Source: Chiloscyllium plagiosum (Eukaryota). From it: a DNA stretch of 64,000 nt. Each line of letters starts with the position of its first letter. The stretch's first letter is position 1. Made by a program: the position numbers and the translations under genes. The DNA is taken from NCBI RefSeq assembly GCF_004010195.1, contig NC_057726.1, positions 61,492,794-61,556,793 of the forward strand, in the 5' to 3' direction. Below the pieces are notes generated by a model. That model was not told the DNA's origin. It saw only the letters and a program-made list of their open reading frames with translations, and ran no database searches. Positions 1 through 13,158 of the stretch are shown here, piece after piece.

Positions 1-207
1 AAAACACATTGAGGGTTTTGATACAAACCAGACTGAGGAAGACCTTTTCGTAGTCCAGTCTTGAGCTGAGGGGCTTTGACATTGTGTAATATGACCTCAT
101 CCACTAGTAGTAGAAAATTAGTTCACTTCCTTTGTGATTAATGGATCATGTAGCTCAGCAGTACTGAATTATCTGTGAACCTTTTATCTAATGAGAGAAA
201 TATATAA

Positions 208-342
<135 letters not shown>

Positions 343-730
343 TGAGGCAATGTGTGATATGCTGAGGCATGATTGAATTCACATGCAGTCTGGTAGCTTA
401 AGGGTGTACTTCAGATGAAAATATTAGCGTGAGCTCCAAATGATCAATGGAGTAACATTCATCCACCTCCTAGCACTTGAAGTGAATTAATAGTTTGTCT
501 CTTGCACTTCCTGTTGCAACTCGTACATGAGGGTGTCTGCTGAACAGCTGAGATAAATGCCTTAATTTCACTGGATGAAAAGGAATATTGGTTGTGATAC
601 TAAAGTCCTCTGGTCAAATAATCTTTGATCTTTGACCAAGCCCTGAGTGTCTGATCACACTTGTAAAATGGTATTTTTGATGTAGTGCTGTCTCAGTATT
701 ACAATAAATTCAGTATCTGTTATATTTGCA

Positions 731-1253
731 GATTGTTGTGGTTGTGTTTGCCGAGCTGGGAATTTGTGTTGCAGACATTTCGCCCCCTGTCTAGGTGACA
801 TCCTCAGTGCTTTGGAGCCTCTGTGAAGCGCTTCTGTGATCTTTCCTCCGGCATTTGTAGTGGTTTGAATCTGTCGTTTCCGGTTGTCCGTTCCAGCTGT
901 CCGTTGCAGTGGCCGGTATATTGGGTCCAGGTCGATGTGCTTATTGATTGAATCTGTGGATGAGTGCCATGCCTCTAGTGCCACTCACCCACAGATTCAA
1001 TCAATAAGCACATCAATCTGGACCCAATATATCGGCCACTGCAACGGACAGCTGGAATTGACAACCGGAAGCGACAGATTCAAACCACTACAAATGCCGG
1101 AGGAAAGATCACAGAAGCGCTTCACAGGAGGCTCCCAAGCACTGAGGATGTCACCTAGACAGGGGACGAAACATCTGCAACACAAATTCCCAGCTCGGCG
1201 AACAGAACCACAACGACGAGCACCCGAGCTACAAATCTTCTCACAAACTTTGA
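731..1253. mobile_element. Penelope-like element remnant forming an inverted repeat with ~235 bp arms, in a NUDT21 intron
   Basis: About 732-966 is the reverse complement of about 984-1214. The minus ORF LEAWHSSTDSINKHIDLDPIY resembles a PLE GIY-YIG C-terminus. Flanking direct repeat ATATTTGCA at 722-730 and 1254-1262. Confidence 0.8.
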
Positions 1254-2458
1254 ATATTTGCAAATTATTTGGAACCTTTTTATTTGAACTTCAGCTTCTG
1301 ACTAAAGCACAACTGCCAGGGAGCCTTGGCTGGTCGTCAATGTAAACAAATTCTACTCTCAGGATCCATCTTCCATTCCACCACAAAATGCTATCAAACC
1401 AATAAATCATGATACCTTTCTGACACTTGGTCTCTCTCAACTCCTTAGCCCTGGTAATGTTTTACAGCTGCCCTGTCCCCCTTTCTAAGTAGCTATCACT
1501 TGACGCCTGTGACTACATGCAGACTGATCTGTGGAACATCACAGCCAAAGCAAATTCTCCTCTTGCCTCTCTATTTCTAAAAGGTTTCTATGCTGTGAAT
1601 GATGGAACCCCAGTTACTTCTATCTGTTTCTTATCCCAGGAATGCTATCTTGGCTAGGATCAAATGGCTAAACGTCAAGTAAATGAGATGTGGCTAGTTT
1701 ATTCATTTTTGTGGCTGTCTGACGTATGGCTGCTTTGAGTTTTGGAACATTTGTATATCCAGTTTCCCAGGCAAAACTATGATTTACCTGTGGAAAACTT
1801 TCAGTAAGAGATACACTTAAGAGATTGCACCAGTGAGAAATTTAACAGACCAACCTGGCAACTTAGGTTACAACTCTATTTCTTATCCCAAATGGTAGAG
1901 GCAATGCTTTTGTAGTTTTCACTTTTCGCAGACCAATACACTTTGAGCAACTGAAAAGCTACGAAGTGAGAGTTAATTTTGGGCTTTGGTCCAGTTATTT
2001 GTCAACTTTAAATCTCAGTGGTGAAAGAAACCAGCATGACTTAAGAGGTGAATCAGAAGGGTGAATTAAATTTTAAATTGTGCACAGAAAGCCAAATAAA
2101 ATTGGATTACGAGACTAAGGAAAGGAACTTAATTTTTGAATTTACTCCATGCAAGAATAGTGCATGCTAATCTAAATCTTTCAGGCTGGATTGGTTGATA
2201 TACTGTTGCACTAATTTCCCATGAGAATTTAATATGTGACCTTTTCAAGCAGAGCTTGAGTTTCCAGTAGTGAGGTTTATTGCAAAACTACAGCAAGGTT
2301 GAGGGTTATCTTCTTTCTGTCTGGCCAAATTGTCTTGGTCATGCAGAATGCATGTTAACTTGCTTTCGTGCAAGTTTTGGGCTGCTGTCTTTATTATTTT
2401 TACTATATGCAGTTGCTAGCATATTTGATACTTGTGACACATCTCTTGGTTCCGGTAG

Positions 2459-2617
<159 letters not shown>

Positions 2618-3327
2618 TGAACATGTCTTTTGTTTGTTTTGAGATTACAGATTGCTTAAATCTCATAGTTGAGTGCACATTGAAAAAGGGGCTGAGAGCA
2701 GATTTTGAATTGGGGAAAGTCTGAAGCTACTTGCCATAGAAATGGCTTAACTGATACTAGTCACGAATTTTGTCTAAATTGACTTGCACAACTTTTGCTG
2801 TTAAAATGTACAAGGGCTTATGGGAAAGTTTGGAGGGAGGCTTATCTGGAACATTGTAAGCATTGCACTCTAGTTTCTCTGATAAATTTCCCCTTTTACA
2901 ACTTAACAGTTTTCTTAGGCAAATTGAAAATATTTTTAAAACTTTGTAACAAACAAGTGCTGGAGAAACTCAGCAGGTCTGATAATATCTGTGGAGACAA
3001 AACAGTAGTGTTAAATGTCAAGACTCAGACTTCCAGCATTCTGTTTCCAGTTTCAAATTTCCAGAATCAAAGTATTTTGCCACCTTTTAACTTTTTGTCA
3101 AGAGTTTAAAACTGCTCCTATAAACAGTTTAACTGACTCCAGTTTCTATTTAAAGTCCAGTTGGCTTTTTTATTTGGAGCTTGCAATTCGATAACCTCCG
3201 ATATGAAATCAGTTTGAAAAACATTTGAGTTATCATTTAAGATCTTTAACTTTTTCATACTTTGGGAAGAAAATTATTGTGTGTGCAATTTCAATGTACT
3301 TAAAATTGTTTTTAATTTGTATTCTAG

Positions 3328-3349
3328 GTTTAATTTTATTTATAACTGA
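3328..3349 (+). CDS. NUDT21: NUDT21 last coding exon, (R)FNFIYN-stop
   Basis: Acceptor tattctag followed by G TTT AAT TTT ATT TAT AAC TGA, giving the known NUDT21 C-terminus RFNFIYN. Confidence 0.96.
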
Positions 3350-4287
3350 AGTTTAAGAACATGCCAAACATGAGATCATGATGGCCTGTAGGTCAAGTTT
3401 CCCTGAACATCTTCAACTGTGAATTCCGTCAGCTGCTGACAGTTCAAGTCCATGCCAGTTGCATCTTTGCAGCATCAGATTGCCCAAATCTGGCTGATGT
3501 TTTGTTCAGTTCTATGATAATTGAAGACAAACCTAACTAGCACGTTCTTTTTTTTAAGAAAATTTCTGCTCTTGTGTAACTGTTCGCATTTTCTACTTTA
3601 TTAAATGGAGAAGGATACATGATGTGGTTTTTAATTGATTAAATTTCATGGGTTTTTTTTTTGTATTTCGTCCTGTTCTTTTTGTAAATGGATGTAGCAT
3701 GCAACCTAAGGATTAATAACTCTCTCAATGGATTCTGTTTGGTTTCTATGGTAGGAACACTTTCATCACCCAACCTTTTTTGGACCAGTAACTTTCAAGG
3801 TCAGCTTTAGCCTTGTATACATGTTATCTGATTTATTATCAGTTCTGCGGCTCTTATTCAAGTTTTAAACTTTTTTGGTTGGGATGTTAATGCTTGCCTG
3901 TTTTACAAACATTAACTGCTGCTTCATACAGCCTTATTCAAGTGTGCAAGTGATCTGATTGTGCTTATGGGACTTTGCTAGTCGCTGCAGTATCTGGGTA
4001 TAATTGTAAAATATTTGTTCTGAGCATTAAAATTTATTTACAACCAGTACCACAGTAAAGGTTAAAAAGACTAATCAAGCCACATGCTGATAAAGACCCA
4101 AATTTTTGACAAAGGAAATTTTATTTACAAATGGGGAAGATGAGCAAAGTAAGCAATTAAATTGCTTAGGTTGTGCAAATCACGGTTCTGAAAGCTAATG
4201 AACCATATACAGATTTAGGGTTTCATTTGCTACTGCATCACCTGAAGATGTGTAGTTCTTTCTATATTTTGCATAATCTGAGTATGC

Positions 4288-4293
4288 AATAAA
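4288..4293 (+). terminator. Candidate NUDT21 poly(A) signal AATAAA
   Basis: First canonical AATAAA I noticed downstream of the stop, about 0.94 kb away. ATTAAA variants occur near 3600 and 4026. No transcript data. Confidence 0.4.
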
Positions 4294-6087
4294 TTAGTTG
4301 AAATTCTTCTAAACAAGAGAGGTTAACTCTATTTATTGCTTATCTCTAATTGCCTTTGCTAATAGTGAGCTACCTTTTTGAACTAGTGCAGTTTTTTTTT
4401 AGGTACAGTAAGAGAGATGGTTCTAGGACATTGACCCCACAACAGTGAAGGAATAGTAATTGTTCCAGTCAGGATATTGGAGGGTAACTTTGTAGATGGA
4501 GTTCCCAGGCATCTGCCCTTCTCCCAAATGGTAGAGATTGCAGTTGTGAAATATACTGTTAGAGAAAGTGGTGAGTTGCCACAGTGCATCTTGTAATTGG
4601 TGCACACTGCTACCTTGACATTGGTGCCAAACAAGTGGGCTGCTTTGTCTTGGATGGTGTCAAACTTACTGTTGGAGCTGGACTCATCAATGCCAGCAGA
4701 ATAACATTGACCGGGACTGCCATCATGTTAAGGGCTTGGATGGTGAGGATTTTGTTAAATGTGTTTTTGAAAATTTTCTTGATCAATATGTAGATGTACC
4801 TATTAGGAGCAAAACTTGACCTCTTGGGGAAATAAGGCAGGGTAAGTGACTGAAGTGTTGATGGGGAAGCACTTTGGGACCAGTGATAACTATTCTAGTA
4901 GTTTTTAAATAATCATGGAAACGAATAGGCTTTGTGTGAAAGTTGAAGTTCTAAATTGGAGTCAGGCCAATTTTGAAGATACAAGACTCCACTTTCAAAA
5001 GTTGATTGGGGTAGTCTGTTGCAGGTAAAGGGATGACTGGCAAATGAAAGGCTTTCAAAGATGAGCTAATGAGAACAGTCCTGAGGAAGGGTCACTTGAC
5101 CTGAAACATTAACTCTGATTTTCTGTGCACAGATGCTGTCAGACCAGCTGAACTTTTTCCAGCATTTTCTATTTTTCATTGTGTTAATGAGAATTCAGAG
5201 GCATGATGTTCCTCTTAGTGAAGGGTAAGGTGAATAAGAGTAGGGAACAGTGGCTGAATTAAGATAATGAGGTTCTGGATTCTTCTGAGTCTAAGGAGTG
5301 CAGAGACATTTTAAGAGGGAAATCCGAGGCCAAAAAGGAATGAGATGCCTGTGGCCGATAAGGTTAATGATGATGATCCAAAGAGGTTCGTTGATACAGA
5401 AAGAACAACTAGAGAGAATCTATGTAGATTCACAGATGGGTAAGAAACTAAACAAATATTTCCTGTCAGTATTTACTGAAGAAAGCTGGGGAACTCTGGA
5501 AAGTATTGATCTCTTAAACTTTAGAAGAGGTACAGGAAGTCATTTGGAGTGGTGGGGGAGTGGATCTCCAGGACATTGTGCAAAGTTATGAAAGAAAGTG
5601 CCAGGCCCTGTCAGATTTCATTTCAATAGGTAGGGGTGAGGTGCTAGAGAATTAGTGGTAGTTAACCATGTGCCTTTATTTAAAGAGGGACTGTAAGGAA
5701 AAGCCTGGGAGTCTGATGTTGTTGGAAGGGGTTTTGAGAGAAAGTCTGCATGCATTTGGAGAGGCAAGGGCTCTTTAGGGACAGTCTGTGTGGCTTAGTG
5801 CATGCAATATTATGTCTCACTAACTTGAGTGTTTTGATGACATAACCAAAAAGATTGTGAATACTTTAGTAGACATTGTCTACATGGACTTTAGTAAAAC
5901 CTTTGACAAGGTTCTGCAGGGTACACTGATTACTAAAATTAGATCACCTGGGATTCAGAGACCTTGACAATTGGATACAAAATGGCTTGATGGCAGATGT
6001 GGTGAAGGGTTGTTTTTCAGACTGGAGGCCTGTGACCAGCAATATTCCAGAGGGATCTGTGCTGGATAATTTTTTTAAAAATCCCTC

Positions 6088-6346
6088 CAGTGGAAACAGG
6101 CCATGAGGCCCAGTGGGTCCAGATTAGCATTTCCTATGGCTAATTCATCTAGTCTGTCCATCCCTGAACATCATAGGGAATTCAGCATAGTCAACCCATC
6201 TAACTTGCACATCTTTTGGACTGTGGGAAGAAACAGGAGTACCCATGCAGACATGGGGAGAACATGCACACTCCACACAGTTACCAAAGAGGGGAATTGA
6301 ACCTGGAACCCTGGTGCTGTGAGGCACCACTGCTAACCACTCTGCC
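6088..6346 (-). mobile_element. HE1-type shark SINE
   Basis: Core gtgtggagt.tgca..ttctccccatgtctgc.tggg on the minus strand; same family as 11932, 37630, 38850 and 45235. Confidence 0.8.
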
Positions 6347-6930
6347 GAGTGTTGTGTAAATAATTTGGATGGAAGTTTAAGAGGCGTGGTTGTAAGTTTG
6401 CAGATGTCGTCAAAGTTTTAATGGTATAAGTGGATAGTGAAGAAGGTTATCCAAGATTGGCCAAATTGATCAAGATTCCTTTGTAATGGGCTGAGTGGTA
6501 GATGGAGTTTACTATGGATAAATGAGGGCATTACATTTTGGTAGAGTGGTTAAGGGCAGCATATTCACAGTTCATGGCTGGGCCCTGGGTATTGTAAAAC
6601 AGACTTAGGAGTTCAGGGATATAATTTGAAGGTTGTCACCTGTAGACTGGATTGTTAAGTTGTTTAGTATGTTTGCTTTTTTTATTGTTCAGTCCATTGA
6701 GTGTAAGAGTTGGGATGTCATATTGAGGTTGTGCAGGAGTTTTGTCAGGCTTTTGGGGTACTGTGTACAGTTCTGATTATCCTACTGTAGGAAGGATATT
6801 AAATTGGAGGGGGTTCAGGAAAGGTTAATGCAGATATTGCTAGGCCTGGAGGGTGAGCGTTATAGGGAGAGGCTGAATAGGCTAGGACCTTTTTTCTGGA
6901 GGGTGAGGGATGACAGAGGTTTGAAGCCAT

Positions 6931-7480
6931 GGATTTGTTTGTCAAACTAGTGTTTTTCTGCAAACGTTTTGTTGCCTAGCTAGATGATATCGTCAGTGTG
7001 CCTTTTGATAGGGTGTTGGTGGTCTGCCATGCTTAAATTTGTTGGTATTTCTGATTCTGTATCTGAGTGGTCTGTATGTGCAGTCTTGCAAGTTCCAGTT
7101 GGAGTGCAAGCTTTCAAGTGTTGGAAATAAGAGTGCTGGTCAATCACACAGACAGCAAAGGACACCTATTCAATTGGGGTGATGTAACCATCCTAACACA
7201 GGCAAAACAGACTTGTTAAAGGATTCCTTGAAGCCTGGCACTCCAACTGGAATTCTATCAATAGGCACCCCTGTATGCGGGGTCCAGTTCAAACCACTCA
7301 TACAGAACTGGAAGTACCAACAAATTGCGACATAAATACCAATGGGACAGGCCACCAAGACCTTATCAAAGATGCACTGATGAAGTCGCCCAGCAACATG
7401 ACCAAACATTTGCAGAAAAACACCAGCTCAGCGAGCAAATCCACAACTTCATCCACAACCCAAGTAACAAATCTTCCCAA
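6931..7480. mobile_element. Old Penelope-like element fragment with inverted termini
   Basis: Left end is the reverse complement of 7375-7442. Internal FLEAWHS-like coding remnant (ttccttgaagcctggcactcc). Confidence 0.6.
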
Positions 7481-10262
7481 AAGTTAGAGGTTTATCAAAT
7501 CATAGGAGGAAATACTTAACTATGCCCCCTGTGATGGGGGAGTTCAAAACTAGAGGGCAGATTTTTAAACCTGAGAGAAGAATGGTTGATTTAAAAGGGG
7601 TCAGAAGTCAACTTTTTTTTTCAGGGTGCTTTTAACGTGCAATGAACTGCTGGAGGCAGTGGTGGATACAGGTACAGACAACATTTAAAAGCCAATTTAA
7701 CAGATGTAGAATAGGACCGGTTTGGAGGAATATGGGCTAAATGCAGACAAGTGGCACCTGCTTTAGTTTGGGAAATCTGATTGGCGAGAACAGGTTGGAC
7801 TGAAGAGTCTGTTTCCAAGCTGTTTGACTGACATTCCTGACAGACTTGGTTTGAGTTGCTTGTTGTGGGGTTCCTAGTTGCTAGCCTATTATTTTAGCTA
7901 CGTTTCTGATTAACCAAAAAAGGAGCTAGACTATATTAGCACCCAGGATGTTGATAGGCAATTCAGTGATGTAATGCCATTGAATACCACAGGGTAAGTT
8001 TTTAAAGTTTTTAGTATTGAGAAATTATTTGACTAGTATTACAGTCCAAATCTTGATGTGATCTGGCTCTTCTGTATGAGAATGAGGTATGTCAGTTGAA
8101 TCATTACACAATTTACAGCACAATTCACAATGAGCAGACATTCCCACGTCCTACTGTACAATGGCAAGGTCATTGAAGCAACTGCAGGTGATTATAGGGT
8201 AGTGTCCTAGGTACAGAGCTGGGGTTGGTGTGGCATAGTAGTAGTGTACCTACCTTTTTTGAGCCAGAAGACATTGGTTCAAGTCTCATCTACCTCAGAA
8301 GTATGAAATCACCTCTGTGAATAAATTTCTAAGAGTTCTTCAGAGAAGATATTTTCAGTTCTGACATAATTAACCTCCAATGACAAACCATCATCCTTTT
8401 GTGCTAAGAATGACTCCAACCATTGTAAAGTACCTTAGACCATTTTAATTTGGGCCAAGCCTGCAATTAAGTCTGAAGCCAAGTGGCTGTACCACACCCA
8501 AACTGAGCTCAGCAATAGACTATTGCTGATTGGTAATGCTTTTGAGCTGCTACTATCCCTTCTGATGGAAGTTGATAATAGGGTAATTGGATTTGTCCTT
8601 TTTTTTGTGAGATTAGGTCATACCTTGGCAATTTTACACATGGCACATCCAGTTTTGTAGGGGCACTACTAGGTCTGGGAAATGCTGGCTATCGCAGAAG
8701 CAGGTGTATTTTTTTTTACTGGGTCAACTGCACTAAACGGTCTACTGCAATTACTCAGCAAAATGCTTTGATTTATAAAGTTGGCTTGTGCTAGGAGATC
8801 TATGATGTGTAAAGACAAGTGACGAGTATGAAGGCCGTCATTAACGAACGTGCTTGGAGTTGGGGAGGTGAAAATGAACTTGTTTGAGCCAAGTGCTTTA
8901 TTTCAAACATAGTCCCTGAACACTCAGTGGTTATTGCTGGTCTCTGGCTGTTGAGTAGCCCAACATAATTTATTTTAACTTTTATATTCTTTGTTTGCAG
9001 TTTTCTCCTCTATCCACCCCCAAATGATCTGTTGAAGTCGTGGCAGCAAATAATTATCCGGTTATATGACTTAGCCATGGAACTTGTTTGCTTTTTCCTC
9101 TGTCCTATTTGAATTCCTAGAAGTCCCTTTTCATGTCAGTTGTACTAAGAATTTAACTGATTTTAACTATTCTTCACTGCAAAACATATTGGGCCTAGAC
9201 AATGTGCATGTTTGTGTGTGCGCGAGTGTGAGATGCAGCACTCCCTTATCATAGCCAGATCTCATATTGACCCTGTTAGACCTCTAGGTTTTGACCCGAA
9301 CTGAATTGTTTCTCTGGGAAAAGCAAAAAACAAGTTGCTACCTGTAGTCTCTAGTATACTTTACTTTAATGAGTTTTCCTCTACTGGGTCTCTGCATGTT
9401 GGGTTTGTGTGTCCTCCTGAAACATGACTATTTTAAAATAGGATCTGTTAATGAAGTTTGTGAGTGTTGCTGATGAAGGACACAATGCATCTTGTAAATC
9501 CAGTACTGTAAATTATTGCCGAACATTATTTTAAACATAACATTGGTCTTATTTAGTTCAATTGGTTGCCACTCTTTTGGATTTCAAGATTGCCTTAGAG
9601 CTATGAGATCTCAAGCCTTGCCTGGTACTTTATTGAAGTAATAGCTTGCAATAGTTCTTAAAGTCATCCAAATGTGTGCAATGTCAACCATGATCTGGAG
9701 CAAATTGTGAACGTTGTCTAGGGGAGAAGAAAACTTGCTGTACAAACTCTCCTTGATGTAGTAGAGTTGATATTGAACTGTAGTAGGCTCCTGATTGAGG
9801 TGGTGTAATGAGATCACACAATTAACAAGAGTAAGGAAAAAAAATCACCAGTATCAAATGGACATGTGAACAGATCTTTGACATTGTACCAGAGAGCTGT
9901 ATTTGAGAATGTACAATGTACAGATGTAAATAAAGGAGTGTTACCATACATAAGCATTTGAAGTTAATGAGCAAGCAGTTTCATCTGCAGATGTGCCAAT
10001 GTCCAGCCTGTGATCCTGCAATCCAGTATCTTTATCTGTAGGTAGCTGTACTGACTTTCAGCATATTCTGCCAGTTTACTGCCCCAATATTGAAAGTGAT
10101 ATTTAACTTTGCTGTCACTACTCAACATCCACATATAATGCTTGTGATGTTCCAGCCTGTTGTCTTTCCAGTAGCCGCAGTAAAGTGTGTGAGTGATGTT
10201 TTTTTAATGTATAATCAAATATCTGACACCTGTACCTTTCAAATAGCTCACATCTTCAGATT

Positions 10263-10415
10263 TTATTTGGGTTCTCTGCTTTTCTCTTTGTTTTCCACTT
10301 TTACTTCTGAGTATACTGTATGGTTGTTTTGCTGTTCAGGTTTTGGCGCTTTCTTAAAATTAGCAAGCTGTAATACTGCATAAGATACAATGTTATCTTC
10401 ATCTCTTTGTTCAGT
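10263..10415 (-). CDS. Receptor copy A, last coding exon: cytoplasmic tail with ITIM (VSYAVL) and ITSM (TVYSEV), ends TAA
   Basis: Acceptor tactttcacag, phase 0, 153 bp: TEQRDEDNIVSYAVLQLANFKKAPKPEQQNNHTVYSEVKVENKEKSREPK*. Homologous exon at 40353-40493. Confidence 0.88.
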   Translation of the reverse strand, partial: TEQRDEDNIVSYAVLQLANFKKAPKPEQQNNHTVYSEVKVENKEKSREPK

Positions 10416-11140
10416 CTGTGAAAGTAATATTTAAGATCACCTGTTAGTCCATTACCTCATTGCTTGAGGCAATTAAGATTAACAATACCTACCTTCCCCT
10501 ATACATGTACCTACACCATATGAACAGCAGCAGTTTCAAGGGCCATTGTGTATAGGGATTAAATGCTGGCCAGCCAGTGACACCCACATCCCATGAATAA
10601 TTTAAAAATATAGTCAAATTGAGGCAGAGGGCAAAATCAAGGGGGAGTCTCTTCCTCAGAGCGGTTAAGTTTGACCCCCTCCCATGATTCATCAGTGAAG
10701 GTCTGAAAGTTAATTTCATTAACATGCCCATCCAATTTCCTTCTGACATCACTAATCATCTCCGTTTCTTTGACATTGGTGCACATTAACTTATGGATGA
10801 TTATCAAAAGTTACAAAAACAAACACTGCATGCCTTTTAATCTCTTTCGCAAAACCTTACATAATAGTCGCTGTAGCATGTACTAGCGCGAATAGCTTTT
10901 TTTTTCCTTGTCTGGTTTAGCTAAACCTGTCTCAATCTTGGACACCTCTATTACATCACTAATTTCCTTTACGAAATGGAGAACTACTCTACTCTTCCAA
11001 CTTAGTCTCATAGATAAAATCTCCCATCCCGAGAACCATCTTAGTACATCTCCTCTGTACACTCTCAAGGACCCACACAGTCTTCCTCAAATGTGGCAAG
11101 GAAGCAGGTCCTGCCTTTATTACCTTTTCTCTAGCCCAAA

Positions 11141-11500
11141 CCCCTTCCCCCTATTAATTTCTCAACCCCCTTCCCCTCCCTAGACCTGATGAAGGGTCAT
11201 GCCCAAAACGTCGGTCCTCTTGCTCCTCCGGCGCTGTCTGACCTGCTGTGCTTTTTCCAGCGGCACACTTTATCGACTCTCAACCTCCGCAAGAAAGGCT
11301 TCAAATTCCATGCTGTATTCATTAATCTGACCCCTTCCCCCTATTAATTTCTCAACCCCCTTCCCCTCCCTAGACCTGATGAAGGGTCATGCCCAAAACG
11401 TCGGTCCTCTTGCTCCTCCGACGCTGTCTGACCTGCTGTGCTTTTTCCAGCGGCACACTTTATCGACTCTCAACCTCCATGCTGTATTCATTAATCTGAC
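11141..11500 (+). repeat. Tandem duplication (period 190 bp) of a PLE-derived short element end
   Basis: ccccttccccctattaatttctcaacccc...ttatcgactctcaacctcc begins at 11141 and again at 11331. The second copy lacks about 20 bp. Confidence 0.9.
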
Positions 11501-11931
11501 AGAAAGGCTAGCCAACTACTACCCCAATCAGAAATGTATGTTACACTAAATAAAAATTATCTTAACCTTATAAATGATATAGTATGCCAAAGCAAATCGT
11601 TTGTGTTTAATACTGTAAATTATTGGTTAGAGCTCAGTTGAATCGTGGTGCCATTCCATTTTGAAGGAGGATGTAACATCCGGGAAAGGATACAGAAGAG
11701 ATTTTCTGCAATGGTGTTGTGGGTGAGAGACTACCATTACGTTGGGGACTCCAGAATATGTGTGATTGATATCCTTGGGACAGAGAACGATAAGGGGCGA
11801 TCTAAGAGTCGCAAAAGGTACGGGAAGTCAGTGTAAAGAGTGAGGAATTGAGCTAGTCGGATAGATATTTTCAAAGGTCCTCACAGGGTATTTGAGTCCT
11901 ATGATTCTGTGACATTTAATTAGGTTGCACG

Positions 11932-12385
11932 ACTGCCTCACATCCTCAGGAGTTGTCTGTGTGGAGTTTGCACATTCTTGCTATGCCTGCGTGGGTTTCC
12001 TCCCACAATCTAAAGACGTGCGGGTTAGATGAATTGACCATGCTAAATTGCCGTAGTGTTCAGGGACGTGTAGGTTAGGTACATTAGTCAGGGGTAAATG
12101 ACGATGTGCAGGTTAAGCGAATTGGCCATGCTAACTTGCCCGTAGTATTCAAGGATGTGTAGGTTAGGTGCATTAGTCAGGGGTAAATGAAGATGTGCAG
12201 GTTAGGTGATTTGGCCATGCCAACGTGCCCGTAGTGCTCAGGGATATGTAGGTTAGGTAGATTAGTTAGGGGTAAATGTAGAGTTGGAGGGGAAATGGAT
12301 CTGGGTGGGTTACCCTTCGGAGGGTTTGTGTGGACTTGATGGGCCGAAGGGCCTGTTTCCACACTGTAGGGATTCTATGATTCTA
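11932..12385 (+). mobile_element. HE1-type SINE with an internally triplicated ~85-90 bp segment
   Basis: HE1 core and tail (ggccgaagggcctgtttccacactgtagggattctatga). The unit ccatgc...gtagtg..cagggat.tgtaggttaggt..attagt.aggggtaaatg occurs three times. Confidence 0.85.
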
Positions 12386-12448
12386 ATTAATGTTCCTAGA
12401 TGATTGGAGTCATTCTTAACCGCTCTTTTCGGAACATTGTCACCCTAC

Positions 12449-12483
12449 CTGCTTTTCATCTTGATTCACTTCCGCCGAAATGC
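12449..12483 (-). CDS. Receptor copy A, small cytoplasmic exon (G)ISAEVNQDEKQ
   Basis: Acceptor cttttctttcctttag, donor CAG/gtaggg, 35 bp, phase 1-0, joining the TM exon to the ITIM exon in frame. Same acceptor in the paralogue at 47076. Confidence 0.82.
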
Positions 12484-13053
12484 CTAAAGGAAAGAAAAGG
12501 AGCCCATCTTGAATAATTTATTGAGCGTACTCGCGAAACCGGCAACCTAGCATGGCCAAGAAGTCCAACTCACAAAATGCTGTGCATTACCTTCCTAAAA
12601 TCTGCAGTGACGCTATACACAACGGATCAGACTTTGTTTCTGTGGGATGGTGTCAAACAGGTGGTAAGTCCACAGTCCTTTTTGCATCGCAATGCTACTT
12701 TGGAAATAAAATCTGGACTGCTATTCAGGTTGTACCATTTCAAAATTAATATATTTCAAGGTCTGGACTATTATTTTAAGAACGAGATTTCGTGTAGAAA
12801 TCGACGAAACATTTTGAATGAGAAGGTGAAATCCTCTCATTTAAAACCGTATACTCGGTTTATATTGTCCAACTGTACTGCTGATCGTGTAGCGGGCTTG
12901 AGGTAGCAACTTCGTTATTTAAAATGCTCGTTATTCCTCTACAATTAATCACTGTTCATCTGCGCTTTGTCTTTTTATGACGCTAAAACAGTTAAAAAAA
13001 GACATTGGGTCTTAGAAACTGACAGTATTCGGAGAAATAATTAAGATTCTTAC

Positions 13054-13158
13054 CAGCTGATGCCTTTAACTTGAGTCTTGTCAAAACGAATATCAAAAGT
13101 AAAATTGCCAACACGCCGAATGTCCATCCAAACGCTAGAGAGTGATTGGCAACTTTAT
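13054..13158 (-). CDS. Receptor copy A, transmembrane exon (D)KVANHSLAFGWTFGVLAILLLIFVLTRLKLKASA
   Basis: Acceptor attctgcag, donor CTG/gtaaga, 105 bp, phase 1-1. About 20 hydrophobic residues followed by a basic stop-transfer RLKLK. Paralogous exon at 48856-48961. Confidence 0.9.

Larger units (their letters stand above)
4800..7830 (+). mobile_element. Degenerate CR1-clade LINE (RT region to 3' end) with nested SINE and PLE insertions
   Basis: RT-like nucleotide motifs (tacatggactttagtaaaacctttgacaagg = YMDFSKxFDK). Similar to the CR1 copies at 42600-44080 and 54465-55790. Confidence 0.75.

Noticed and set aside
11141-12385. Repeat arrays resembling CRISPR or satellite
   Set aside because: Eukaryotic context; the units are duplicated SINE/PLE pieces with no spacers.
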